NCBI RefSeq assembly: GCF_963921235.1
Contig: NC_086107.1
Coordinates: 46,500,001 to 46,564,000, forward strand
Source of the DNA: Mobula hypostoma
Taxonomy: Eukaryota
DNA: 64,000 nucleotides
Reading direction: 5' to 3'
Position 1 is the stretch's first letter; each line of letters begins with the position of its first letter. The notes under the pieces were generated by a model. The model had not been told where the DNA came from, ran no database searches, and was given only the letters and a program-made list of their open reading frames with translations. Both the position numbers and the translations under genes were made by a program. This document shows positions 49,655 to 61,185 of this stretch, one piece after another.

Positions 49655-50847
49655 TACCTCTTCCTAGAGATGCTGCTTGGCCTGCTGCGTTCACCAGCAA
49701 CTTTGATGTGTTGCTTGAATTTCCAGCATCTGCAGAATTCCTCATGTTTACCATCGAAATCAGTTCCTGGGACAGTCTGGTCATGCCATGCTGAGAAAGA
49801 CTATCGTTCAAAATATCCTTCCTTTGTCATAGCCTTCTTACTGACCAGCATGGGGAAGGTGCTCATCCAGGTCACTGGGGTGGCATACAAATGGCACTAC
49901 ATATCAATCACACCACCCTATGGGAACCACAGGCAGGCTTGGGACTGCATATCCAGGAAGTACCATTCAGCATCCAACCAGTGCTCAGCTTCACAACACC
50001 ATTTGGCATAGACACAGCTGTCCAAGGATACTGTTCCTTCTCACACTTGCCATCCACCTTGCACCTTGTTCCCGTACTCAACATACCACCTACACCAACT
50101 GTCAGGTGGGGAAATCACTAAGAGTCAGGATATTCTAATTATACAAATGGTACACAGGGATAGACCAGCCCCTAAAGCATTCATTCCACCAAGGCTGTTG
50201 AGGCTCAAGTCTCTTTAAGGCTGTTAACATACTCTGGGTCAGGGTTTGGCTGGAAGACTACTCCCTGCCAGCTCCCCCAAAACAGAATACAAAAACCCGA
50301 GAAGCCAGATAATACCCTCACAGTCTTTTCCCTGTCAAAAAGATCAATGTCAGTGGCTCCCTTTCCTTGATGAGGTAAGGAGTCTTCATGCAAATTTAGC
50401 AATCTGACTGATAATCCAGTGTGCAAATTCAAACACCATCCCCAGAAATGCACCACACGATCTCCCACCACAAATCACCATTCAGCACTTTGCCATTCTG
50501 TAATGCAGGGAGATACAAATGCACATGCTCCTGATTAGCCACTGTATATTTAGAAAATACAACAATAATCATACTACAAGAATTGGTCCCCAAGTGCTAT
50601 GTTCTCTCTGAAATGTGGCCACCTCATATCCAGAATAAAGTTGCCCAAATTGCTACTAAATTTCAACTCAAATTTCATATGGCCATTATGAAATGGGTCA
50701 CCCTAAACCAATTATATGGGGAATCAAGTAGCAAAGTAACATATTAAGACACAGTAAACATGCAACAGATTTAGAAAAGAAGAAAGGAAGTAACTGACTA
50801 AATGGAATCAAGAAACAGAGTAACAGATTAAACACAAAACACAAATC

Positions 50848-51320
50848 TGTCAGTACCTCCAGTTGGACTCTGTCTTTTTGTGTGTTTCCCCCTAGCTGTC
50901 AGTCTGTGGTTTTGTATTGCCATGTGTTCCTGTCCCCACTCCTGCTCTACTCTGGCCCCTGTATTACAGAGTACTCCGTCTGTTTCTCATTATTACCTGT
51001 ATTACTGCCACCTGTGCCTCATTGTGCTCCACCTATCATCTGCCTCCCTGTTTATTGCTCTGTGTATTTCAGTCCTGTGGTTTCAGTTGTTTGTTGCCAG
51101 ATAGTGCTAGGTAATTTTCCTGAGCCTTTCCAGCATTTGTATCTGTACTCTGTCTGTCTGAATATTGACTCTGCCTATTTCCCTATTCTGGTTTTTGAAT
51201 TTCTCTGGATATTTTGACCTCTGTGTGAACTTTGTTTCACCATGGGTTTGTTACTCAGTTACTAACACTGTGTGTACAGTACTGGGTCTACGATTGGATC
51301 CCTGCTCCAGTGCCCTGACA
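50848..51320. mobile_element. Solo LTR, 473 bp
   Basis: TGTCAG...CTGACA termini; 5-bp TSD AAATC on both sides. Confidence 0.85.
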
Positions 51321-51409
51321 AAATCCCAGCCTGTACTCTTCTTCTTTAAAACTTCCTATGGAATTGCAAAAACTTTAAACAGTTCATTTTTCATAGAGAA
51401 ATAAGGAGG

Positions 51410-53690
51410 GTGAACAGTCAGAGGTTTTGGTCCCTGTAGGTACCAATGACAGGGGTAGGATGAGTGATGAGGTTCTGCATAGGGAGTTCAGGGAGTTAGG
51501 AGCTAAGCTAAAGGGCAGAATCTCCAGGACTGTGATCTCAGGATTTCTACCCATGCCATGCACTTTTGAGACCGGAATTAAGAATATCATACAACTTAAT
51601 ATGTGCTAAGGAGTTGGTGTATGAGGATGGACATAAGATTTTGGATCATTGGCTACTTCCCGGGGAAGGTGTGACCTGTACAGAAGGAATGGTTTGCATT
51701 TGAACAGAAAGGAGATTAATATCCTAGAGGAAAGGATTGTTCATACTGTGTGGTGGGGTTTAAACTGGAGTTGCAGGGCAATGGAAATCGGAGTGCCAGA
51801 ACAGATAGTGGAGAGGTTCTGGAGGCAGATGTTCGTTAGACCTCAGACAAAGTCAACAATCAAAAGTTTGAGCATGGTGTGACTAGTGTCCTGAGCACAT
51901 ATTTCAACACAAGAAATATCACAGGAGCTCAGAGCATGGATCATCACCTGGAATTATGACATTGAGGTCATTAGTGAAACTTGGTTACAGGAGGGGCAGG
52001 ATTGGCAACTCAGTATTCTGGGGTAGTATTGTTTTAGACGTGACAGAGTGGGAAGGATTAAAGGAGAAGTGGTGACATTACTAGTCAGGGAAGATGTCAC
52101 AGCAGTGCTCCGTCAGGACAGACTGGAGTACTCGACTGGTGAGGTTTTATGAGCAGAACTGAGAAATAAAGCTATGATCAGGTTAATGGGGCTATATTAC
52201 AGATAACCCAGTAGTCCAAGGGATTTAGTGGACCAAATGTCTAAAGAGATCACAGACTGTTGCAAGAAACATAAGGTTATTATAGTAGGTGACTTTAACT
52301 TTCCACATATTGACTGGGAAACCCATACTGTAAAAGGACTAGATGGGATAGTTTGTCAAATGTGTTCTGGAAAGTTTCCTTTATCAGCATGTAGAAGTCA
52401 GAATGACAGCGCATACAATACTGGATCTGCTATTAGGGAATCAGACAAGTCAGGAGACAGAGGTTTGTGTAGGGTTTGCATCCAGTGACTACAATGCCAT
52501 TATTTTCAAAGGAAATATGCAAAGAGACAGGCCTGGTCTGCAGATTGATATTTTAAATTGGAGAAAGGCCAATTTTGATGGTATCAGAAATGATCTAGCA
52601 AGTGTGGATTAGGACAGGCTGTTTTCTGGCAAAGGTGCACTTGGAAAGTGGCGGGCCTTCAAAAGCTAAATTTTGAGAGTGCAAAGCTTGTACATGGCAG
52701 TCAGAATAAAAGGTAAAGATAGCAAATGTAGGGAACGTTAGTTTTCAAGAGATATTGGTTAGGAAAGAAAGGTGCATAACAGGTATAGGCAAGTAGGAAC
52801 AAATGAGGTGCTTAAGGGAGTATAAGAAATGCAAGAAAACACTTAAGAAAGAAATCAGGAAGGCTGAAAGAAGGCATGAGGTGGCTCTATCAGACAAGGT
52901 GACAGAGAATCCTAAAGGATTCTACAGATATGTTAAGAGCAAAAGGATTGCGAGGGACAAAATTGGTCCTCTGGAAGACTAAAATAGTAATCCAAGTGTG
53001 GAGCTAAAACAGATAGAGGTGATCTTAAATGAATTCTTTGCATCTATTTTTACTTTGGAGATGGATACAAAGTCTATAGATGTGAGGCAAAGAAGCATCA
53101 ACTTCATGGACCCTGTACAGATTACTGAAGAGAAGGTGCTTGTTGTCATGAGGTAAATCAGGGTGGATAAATCCCCAACCCTGAAGGTGTTCCCTTGGAA
53201 AAAAAGGGAGGCAAGTACAGAAATTGCTGTTGCCCTGGCAGAAATATGTAAAACATCCTTAGTGACAGGAAAGGTACCAGAGGATTGGAGAATAGCCAAT
53301 ATTGTTTCACTATTTAAAAAGGCTCTAAACAGAAAACAGGAAATTATAGGCCGGTGAGCCTGACTTTAGTTGTGGGAAAATTAGCAAAAGGTATTCTTCG
53401 GGACTGGTCATATAAGTATTTGGATAGTAATGGACTGATAAAGGACAGTCAGCATAGCTTCATGCGTGGTAGGTCATGTCTAACCAATCTTGTATAGATT
53501 TTCGAGGACGTTATCAGGAAAATGTAGGAAGGTAAGGCAGTGGATGTTGTCTCCATGGACTTCAATAAGGCATTTGACAAAGTTCCTCATGGGAGGCTGG
53601 TCAAGAAGGTTCAGTCACTCAGCATTCAGGATGAGGTAGTAAATGGGATGTGACATTGAGAAGCCAGAAAGTTGTAGTAGAGTGTTGCAG
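51410..53690 (+). mobile_element. Degenerate CR1 LINE with esterase-type ORF1, APE region and RT start
   Basis: VGTND motif (SGNH esterase ORF1), ISETWL, IIVGDFNFPHIDW and DFNKAFDKVPH motifs; many stops. Confidence 0.8.
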
Positions 53691-54379
53691 GACGTTGGCA
53701 GACCCTGCCGAAGGGTCTCTACCTGAAATATCGACTGTACTCTTTTCCATAGATGCTGCCTGGCCTGCTGAGTTCCTCCAGCATTTTGTCTGTGTTGCCT
53801 GGATTTCCAACATCTGCGGATTTTCTCTTCTCTGTGACTTTGTATATAAAATAATGTTTGAGCCTCCAACAGTATATCTGACCTACCACCAGAATGACTT
53901 CTTATAAGACTCATTAAAACTGAAAAGGAATTGGAAAAAAATACAACCTTATATGGGCAATTTCATCCACCCACTGTAAGCCTAACATGATGGCAACCAA
54001 TTCTATTGTCTATACTGGTACTGACTAGTAAGTAGTTACTTTATTATTACCCGTAATTCAGGCACAAAAATACACACCACCATTCCCAGTTAAATTATAG
54101 TTTGGTCCATCTGTAAAAATGGATAATATTCCATAATTCTCCTGAATATATAGCTGAACCAGCAGACACAATCTCTTGTGTCATATTGAAGCAAATACTG
54201 TAAGGCTGGGTCACACTTCCCATGATCCCTAGTGGCAAGGATCTGGCAGCTGCAGCATCTGCAGGCAGCCATCGTTGGATATATACATAGATCTCCTTTT
54301 GAACCGAAACATGAAAAAAAAGCTAACATTTTTTCGGAGATGAAGTTCACCAGTACTCTGACTTTTAAAAAACTTGAAT

Positions 54380-54780
54380 AACTCATACTGTGTTCCCTCC
54401 ATTGATGAAAAGGTCTCTGTTGGTCAGGGTTGACCATGGATGTTACATGCTAGCTGTCTAGATGTGCAAGCCCGGGCAGTACAGTACGGAGAACAAGCCG
54501 TTGTCCATGTAGCAAGCTCGCCCTCTCCACACATCTGATGAACCCGAAGGAACTGCAGGGACTGATACAGTTTGGCACCAGCAGCATCGCAGGAATTGCC
54601 AGTCAGCATTGAACTCAATACAGGACTGCCTTAGGGACTCCAGCTCTGGATTTTTCCCATGGGGTTTACTCCCAAAGCCTTCCTGTGAGCAGATATACTG
54701 TAGCTGCAAGACAGCAGAGGTTTGAGACCAGAGTTTTCCTTCTCCTCGACGAGTTACCAACCACAGCTGACGAGCCCAGA
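54380..54780 (-). mobile_element. Probable RTE-type element 5' region or derived SINE
   Basis: GC-richer block interrupting the duplicated module; the family call rests on recalled sequence pattern only. Confidence 0.35.
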
Positions 54781-56019
54781 TGTAATTATTAATATAGCTC
54801 GTAAATATAACTAGCACACCACTATTTCACAATTTTCTAATGAGGTTTCAAAAATCTATTTATTGTGTCGGGTTCTATTGTTTTTATTTAAACAAAGCCA
54901 TTGTACATTGAGCTAATATTGTGTATATTTAGTACAAATCAAATAATGTTAACATGATGTTGGAGAGCAATCATTAGTGATCATGAAAACATTTAACATC
55001 TTACGACTCATATACAATAATCAGCACTTGCTTCCTGTTCACTGCACTTGGGTGGTGAAAACATTTCCACTGAAGAGTTATCAAGTATTATTTTAGATCT
55101 AATAAAATACCATTGAATATGAAATTGAAAACCTTTAGTGTGCTTTATGTGTGAAATGCACATAAATAGTGTTTCAATATCCTTTAAGTTGTTCAGATTT
55201 CGTGGAGATTATCTCACTAGTCATGAAATGGGATCACATACTTCAAGATGCAAATAACTTCAGCTCAATTGTCATCTTCTGTGTGTAATTCGACACAATT
55301 TGACATGTTACAATCTATATTGGGTCTCACCAATATAGAGGAAGCCGTACTGTGATTCTTATCACAGCGTGCCTGAAGTCTACATTCATATCATAGACAA
55401 AGTTGAGTAACTCACACTGCGTTCCCTTGATTAAAATATTAATATAGATAGTAAATATAAATACCATCCCACTATTTCACCTTTCTCTTTTAAGCTTTGG
55501 ATGAACCATTTATAGGTGTCTGGTTCTATTGTTTTTTTTAAACACAGATATAGTACATTCAGCTAATATTATGTAAATTTAATGCAAATTAAATAAAGTT
55601 ACCATAACGTTGGAAAGTAATCATTATGGTAATGAAAATACTAAACATTTTACTATTAAAATATAATTATCGACACTTGCTTCCTGTTCACTGCACCTGG
55701 GTGGTGAAAATTTCCACTGAACAGTTATCAAATATTATTTTAGATCTAATAATATATAATTTAACATCCAATCGCAAGCCTTTCATCTGTTTTATGTGTG
55801 GAATGCACATTAATAATTTTTGGATATCTTTTAAATTGTTTACACCTATTTCGAGGGGATATCTCACCAGTCAGCAAATGGGATCAAACGGTTCAACATG
55901 CAAATAACCTCAGCTCAATTGCCATTTTTTGTTTGTAATTCTACACAATTTTACATCACCAAGGTGTTGACTGCTCTTTTTAACCTATAGTTGAAAATGT
56001 TGGAAATATCATCAATGAT

Positions 56020-57030
56020 GCCCTCACCTGTATCTCCTCCATTTCCTGCACTTCGGCCCTCACCCCATCCTCCCGCCACCACAACAGGGACAGAGTACCC
56101 CTTGACCTCACCTACCACCCCACCAGCCTCCGGATCCAGCACATTATCCTCTGCAACTTCCGCCACCTTCAACAGGACCCCACCACTAAGCACATCTTTC
56201 CCTCTCCACCCCTCTCCGCCTTCCGCAGGGATCGGTCCCTCTGCGACTCCCTGATCCACACATCCATCCCCACTGATCTCCCACCTGGCACTCCCTGTAA
56301 ACGCAAATGCTACACCTGTCCCTACACCTCCTCTCTTGCCACAATTCAGGGCCCCAAACAGTCCTTTCAAGAGAGGCAACACTTCACTTGTGAGTCTGTT
56401 GGGGTCATCTATTGCATCCAGTGCGGCCTCCGCTACATCGGTGAAACCCAACGCAGATTGGGGGGCTACTTCGTCGAGCACCTCCGCTCCGTCCGCCAAA
56501 ACAGACAGAATCTCCCAGTGGCCACCCACTTCAACTCTGCTTCCCACTCCCATTCAGATATGTTCATACATGGCCTCCTCTACTGCCATGATGAGGCTAA
56601 ACTCAGGTTGGAGGAGCAACACCTCATATACAGTCTAGTGGTCTCCAGCCCCTTGGCATGAACATAAAATTCTCCAACTTCCGGTAATTCACTCCCCCTA
56701 TCCCTATTTCACTCTGCCCCCTCCCCCAGCTGCCTATCATCTCCCTCATGTTTCCGCCTCCTTCTACTACCCATTGTGTTTTCCTCTATTCTTTCTTCAC
56801 CTTTGCTGCCTTTCACCTCCCTGCTTCCCCTCCCCCACCCCTTTATTGTTCCCCTTACTGGTTTTTCACCTGGAACCTACCAGCCTTCTCCTTCCCACCC
56901 TCCCCCACTTTCTTTATAGGGCCTCTGCCCCCTCCCTCTTCAGTCCTGATGAAGGGTTCCAGCCAGAAACATCGACTCATCGTTTCCACGGATGCTGCCC
57001 GACCTGCTGAGTTCCTCCAGCGTATTGTGA
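56020..57030 (+). mobile_element. 5'-truncated Penelope-like element (GIY-YIG remnant plus terminal repeat with hammerhead motif at 56941-56978)
   Basis: FTCESVGVIYCIQC...YIGETQRRL; CAGTC-CTGATGA...GAAAC-ATC-GACTC. Confidence 0.85.
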
Positions 57031-57433
57031 GGAATTTTTTTTACATTTGCAAGGCTTCTGTTGTAAACAAAGTGAGATTCACTTTTCATTAATCACTTAA
57101 AAATTCCCGCAGACATTGCCTGCTTAATGTCTGGAGCATTCCTGGACTTGCTGTATATATTCCATCTGCCAGACGATCTGCAGCAAGGTAGATTGTTGAA
57201 CTTTGCAACAGGACTTGAGACACCTGTCTCTTTCATACAGACCATGCCAAATCGATGTAATCAGATTAGAATTATACCACAATATCCCTATTTCCAAAGT
57301 GTGTGGAGTTTTGTTTTGGAACCTCCACATTCAAGTTCTGCTGTTGCTACATGATTTTATGCTTGGTAAAACTCTGGCTACAAATCACTATTGTTTCACT
57401 TTTATATTGCCTGACTCTTTAATTTCATTTCAG

Positions 57434-57511
57434 AGGTTACCACAACAAAGCCTGATGAACATGAGAGGGAAGAAGGCAAGCTGACTGATCAGAATTCAGT
57501 AGAAAATGAAG
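57434..57511 (+). CDS. Putative cytoplasmic exon (EVTTTKPDEHEREEGKLTDQNSVENE)
   Basis: TTTCATTTCAG| acceptor and G|GTTAT donor (weak), 78 bp, phase 1-1, open in the expected frame. Confidence 0.55.
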
Positions 57512-57815
57512 GTTATATGTTTGTTGGGACACCCAGAGAATTGTTCCAAACTTCATGAGTTTTTGCTTACATTGACGTTTCTGTAGATTACCTGTGATTA
57601 TCTTCCAGGTAATTCTTGTGAATGCTGTCAACATTATTCAGTAACCTGCACACCAAGAGGGTTGTTTAAATATTCAACTTTTCTATCAGCACTGAGTTTA
57701 CATGTTATTTGGGAGCATTGCACACCAGGGATGTAAACAGGCAAAGCCTGTGTCACCATCACAATCCATGGTCAGTATATCCCAGGTCTCTCAGATATGC
57801 TTTCTTTGATTTCAG

Positions 57816-57860
57816 AGTTGAATGCAAAAGCCACAGAAGCAGAACCAGCCAAAGGTGCAG
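57816..57860 (+). CDS. Putative cytoplasmic exon (ELNAKATEAEPAKGA)
   Basis: TTTCTTTGATTTCAG| acceptor and CAG|GTAAGT consensus donor, 45 bp, phase 1-1, open. Confidence 0.7.
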
Positions 57861-59303
57861 GTAAGTTAAGGCACAAATTTTATGAAAACAACTGAAAAAT
57901 ACACATATTTTTGTCTTTTTTTCTTGCAGTTGTGTAACTCTTAATGTAGTTGGAGTGAGAATTAATTGTGGTTCATAAACTGTGGCCTGCAAATTCTTAA
58001 CCCCAGGAAATTTTATGAAGACATTGCCTGCTTAATGCCTGGAAAATCAAGGAAAATTCATGCCTCCATTCCTTAGCAAAATTGAACAACTAAATTTCAC
58101 CAGATTATCTGAAGATGATTCCTTGAAGATGGTCTAGTCCACTAATTGAAAGCAGTCATGTAAATAATCCTCATCATAAATTCATGGCCCTTATTACTGG
58201 GACTGCACTCTTTAGGCTAAGTCTTGGCTCAAAATGTTGACTGTTTTTTTACCTCCATATATGCTCCCTGGTTTGCTGAGTTCCTCCAGCATTTTGTGTG
58301 TGCGCTGAAGATTTATAGCAACTGCAGAATTTTGTGTTGAAACAGGAATGGCAAGAACAATTAAAATGGTGGGCACTGGGATATGCTGCTCATTGTGGCG
58401 GTCATAATGAAGGTGACGATAAAGTGGTCCTACAATCTATATCGGGTCTCACCAATACAGAGGAGGCCGTACTGTGATTCTTATCACAGCGTGCCTGATG
58501 TCTACATTCATATCACAGACAAAGTTGAGTAACTCACACTGCGTTCCCTCGATTGAACTATTAATATAGATAGAAAATATAAATACCATCCCACTATTTC
58601 ACATTTCTCTATTAAGCTTTGTATGAACCATTTATTGGTGTCTGGTTCTATTGTTTCTTTTAAACACCGATATAATACATTCAGCTAATATTATGTAAAT
58701 TTAATACAAATTAATAAATTTACCATCATGTTGGAAAATAATCATTAGTGTGATGAAAATATTTAACATTTTACTGTTACAGTACAATTATTGACACTGG
58801 CTTCCTGTTCACCGCACTTGGGTGGTGAAAACATTTCCACTGAAGAGTTATCAAGTATTATTTTAGATCCAATAAAATACCATTTAATATCTAATTGAAA
58901 ACCTTTAGTGTTATTTATGTGTGAAATGCACATAAATAGTGTTTCAATATCCTTTAAGTTGTTCAAATTTCATGGCGATGTCTCACTAGTCATGAAATGG
59001 GATCAAATACTTCAAGATGTAAATAACTTCAGCTCAATTGTCATTTTCTGTGTGTAATTCAAAAAATTTGACATCACTATGGTGTTGACAGCTCATTTTT
59101 AATTGATAAATGTTGCAAATATGTACTATATAACTTACTTTTTTCATTTACAAGAAAACAAACAGTAAGCCCTGCACTCAAGTGTAAACCACACATAGCA
59201 TGATATGGCCTAACTGGGAAAGAATATTTTACTCTCTGATCAGACCTGCCTCATTTCCCATTGCTGATGTTGAAGATGTTTCCTTCACTCTGATTCACTG
59301 CAG

Positions 59304-59353
59304 AGATTGAAGAGTCTACTTTGAAGTCGAGTCACGTTTCCCATGATCCCTAG
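59304..59353 (+). CDS. Candidate terminal exon T (EIEESTLKSSHVSHDP*)
   Basis: TTTCCTTCACTCTGATTCACTGCAG| acceptor; the phase-1 frame runs to TAG; AATAAA at 59462. No transcript support. Confidence 0.35.
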
Positions 59354-59889
59354 TGGCAATGACCTGGCACCTGCAGCGTTTGCAGGCAGCCATCATTGGA
59401 TATTTACATAAATCTCCTTTTGAACCAAAATGTGCAAACACTAATCTATATGTTTTTTAGAAATAAATTTCACCAGTACTCCGATTTTTAGCATTTCCGC
59501 TAATTGCGTAAATGCAGCACGTATTTCGTGTAACAGAAATGCAGGAAATCTAATTTCTGGACAGAAATTATACTTTGTTGTTAAAACAAAGAAGTTTTAA
59601 GTTCAGATATGGACAGAATTTGATATATTAAAAGAGAGTATTTAGTATTAACTCGGCATTATATCAAGAAAAAAATTCTCTATGTGGATATACATTTTAA
59701 GAATTTATCAAAGCAAGTTGTGGAAAGACTTAAAATGTTAAAATATTTAAAATTTTAAATATCCCCCTGAACTAGGGTAGGTAATCTCACTCATGCCAAC
59801 TCTGAGTTGATTCCACAACCAATGGACACTTTCAAGGACTATGTAACTCAGGATCTCAGTATTATTTATTTACTTATTTTTTTATTTAC

Positions 59890-60777
59890 TGTGAGGGGAT
59901 CCAGGAGTGCCCCTATTAACTGTTTGGAGAGAGACATTTATCATTGATGGTTTGTTTGGAAAGGAGAGAGAGACCAAGATTGATGGTTGGACTGACACGG
60001 GAGTTAACTTTGGAGTTTTACTTTGGACATAAAAACTGAGCAGCTCGAAAGTTGCTATGGTGACCAACAGGACATTATTGATGCTACTTCCAAGGACTTG
60101 TTGCCTGCTCATATTCCTTTACAGACAAAGGAGGGAGGGACTCTTTGAATGACAGGTGATGCTCAGCACAGAGAAATAAATAGGAGGTCAGATGATACAG
60201 ACCTCAGACACATGATCTGGACACTGAATGAGCATTGTTGTGCCCGCAGAGAAAGTAGGTTTTGAAGGATCGATCAGGGGGATTGATCCACATTGCTATT
60301 CCAACGGTGAAGAAGGGGTTGACTGGTGGGGAGTTGTCTATGTGTCCACCCTTGCCGGTGTGATAGCTCCACCACAGGAAAACCGGTTCCCCTGGTTAAA
60401 GTCACAGTCGGTGACTGGTGAGGGATTTCGGAGGACAACAATAAGATCGACGGCATCCGCTTATCTGAAGACTCAACTCACTCTCTCTCTCGCCATCACT
60501 ACTCAACTAAATACCACGAACTGAACTGAACTGAACTTTACTCAACACCTTAAGACTGTATCTTTTTACCCCTAGACTTAAAGAAGCTTGGTTTTCATAC
60601 GTATATATTCCACACTTACTTTTACATATAATCATTGCTAACCTGTGTGATTTATTTACATTGATATTACTGTATTGCATAGTTACTAATAAATATTATT
60701 AGTTGTTAGCAATACGAGACTCCAAAGTGGTCTCTATTGCTGCTGGTTTCTTTATCCCCGTCACGGGGTACGTGACA
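59890..60777 (+). mobile_element. Solo LTR, 888 bp, distantly related to the Gmr1-like LTRs
   Basis: TG...CA termini, 4-bp TSD TTAC, 3' end CACGGGGTACGTGACA. Confidence 0.88.
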
Positions 60778-61101
60778 TTACACAGTGCATCTTTTTTGCA
60801 CATTGGTTGTTTGTCAGTTTTTGATCGTGTGTACCTACTGTTTTTCTTCATTCTACTCTGAATGTCTGCAAGAAAACAATTCTCCAGGTAGTATATGATG
60901 ACATATACAGTATGAACTTTTACAGTAAATTCACTTTGAACATTTTTTAGTGATTTGCAACAAGTACAGAATAGCTCAATGGGGAAAAGTGTGAAAGTTC
61001 AAAACCTGCACTCTGAATTAAGTGTTGATACATTTTATACATTGTGTAGAAAGCTTAGATTTATATATATAATTAAATATCTTTTCAACTAACATCTGTA
61101 G

Positions 61102-61185
61102 TTTCCAGTCAGTGTGAATCAATGGAAAATGGAGATCAAACCTGCCAACCGCTCTTGACCAGACAGGATCCCCAACTTCCAAAAG
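61102..61185 (+). CDS. Putative cytoplasmic exon (VSSQCESMENGDQTCQPLLTRQDPQLPK)
   Basis: AACATCTGTAG| acceptor and AAG|GTAAGT consensus donor, 84 bp, phase 1-1, open. Confidence 0.6.

Larger units (their letters stand above)
48341..49750. mobile_element. Penelope insertion with inverted terminal repeats, captured host DNA and 14-bp TSD
   Basis: TSD CCATCGAAATCAGT at 48327-48340 and 49751-49764. Parts: inverted terminal repeat 48341-48720; host-derived 48721-49107; PLE 3' end plus terminal repeat 49108-49750. Confidence 0.9.
47920..50200 (-). pseudogene. ERV env remnant (TM subunit), split by the Penelope insertion at 48341-49750
   Basis: Removing the insertion and one TSD copy gives DILNDSLSQHGMTRLSQELISMALDYLFTREGGTCPVIG*ECSTYFRDGLVNITH...TGFTVLSIVLLWFIYNL: ISD-like segment, CX6CC-like motif and membrane anchor. 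The extent beyond 49830 is uncertain. Confidence 0.75.

Noticed and set aside
51427-51609. Esterase (SGNH) motif as a novel host enzyme
   Set aside because: This is a known feature of CR1-clade ORF1 proteins, and the copy is decayed.
61109-61185. Alternative acceptor TTTCCAG| for the 84-bp exon
   Set aside because: It gives a TGA in the phase-1 frame; the acceptor 7 nt upstream keeps the frame open.
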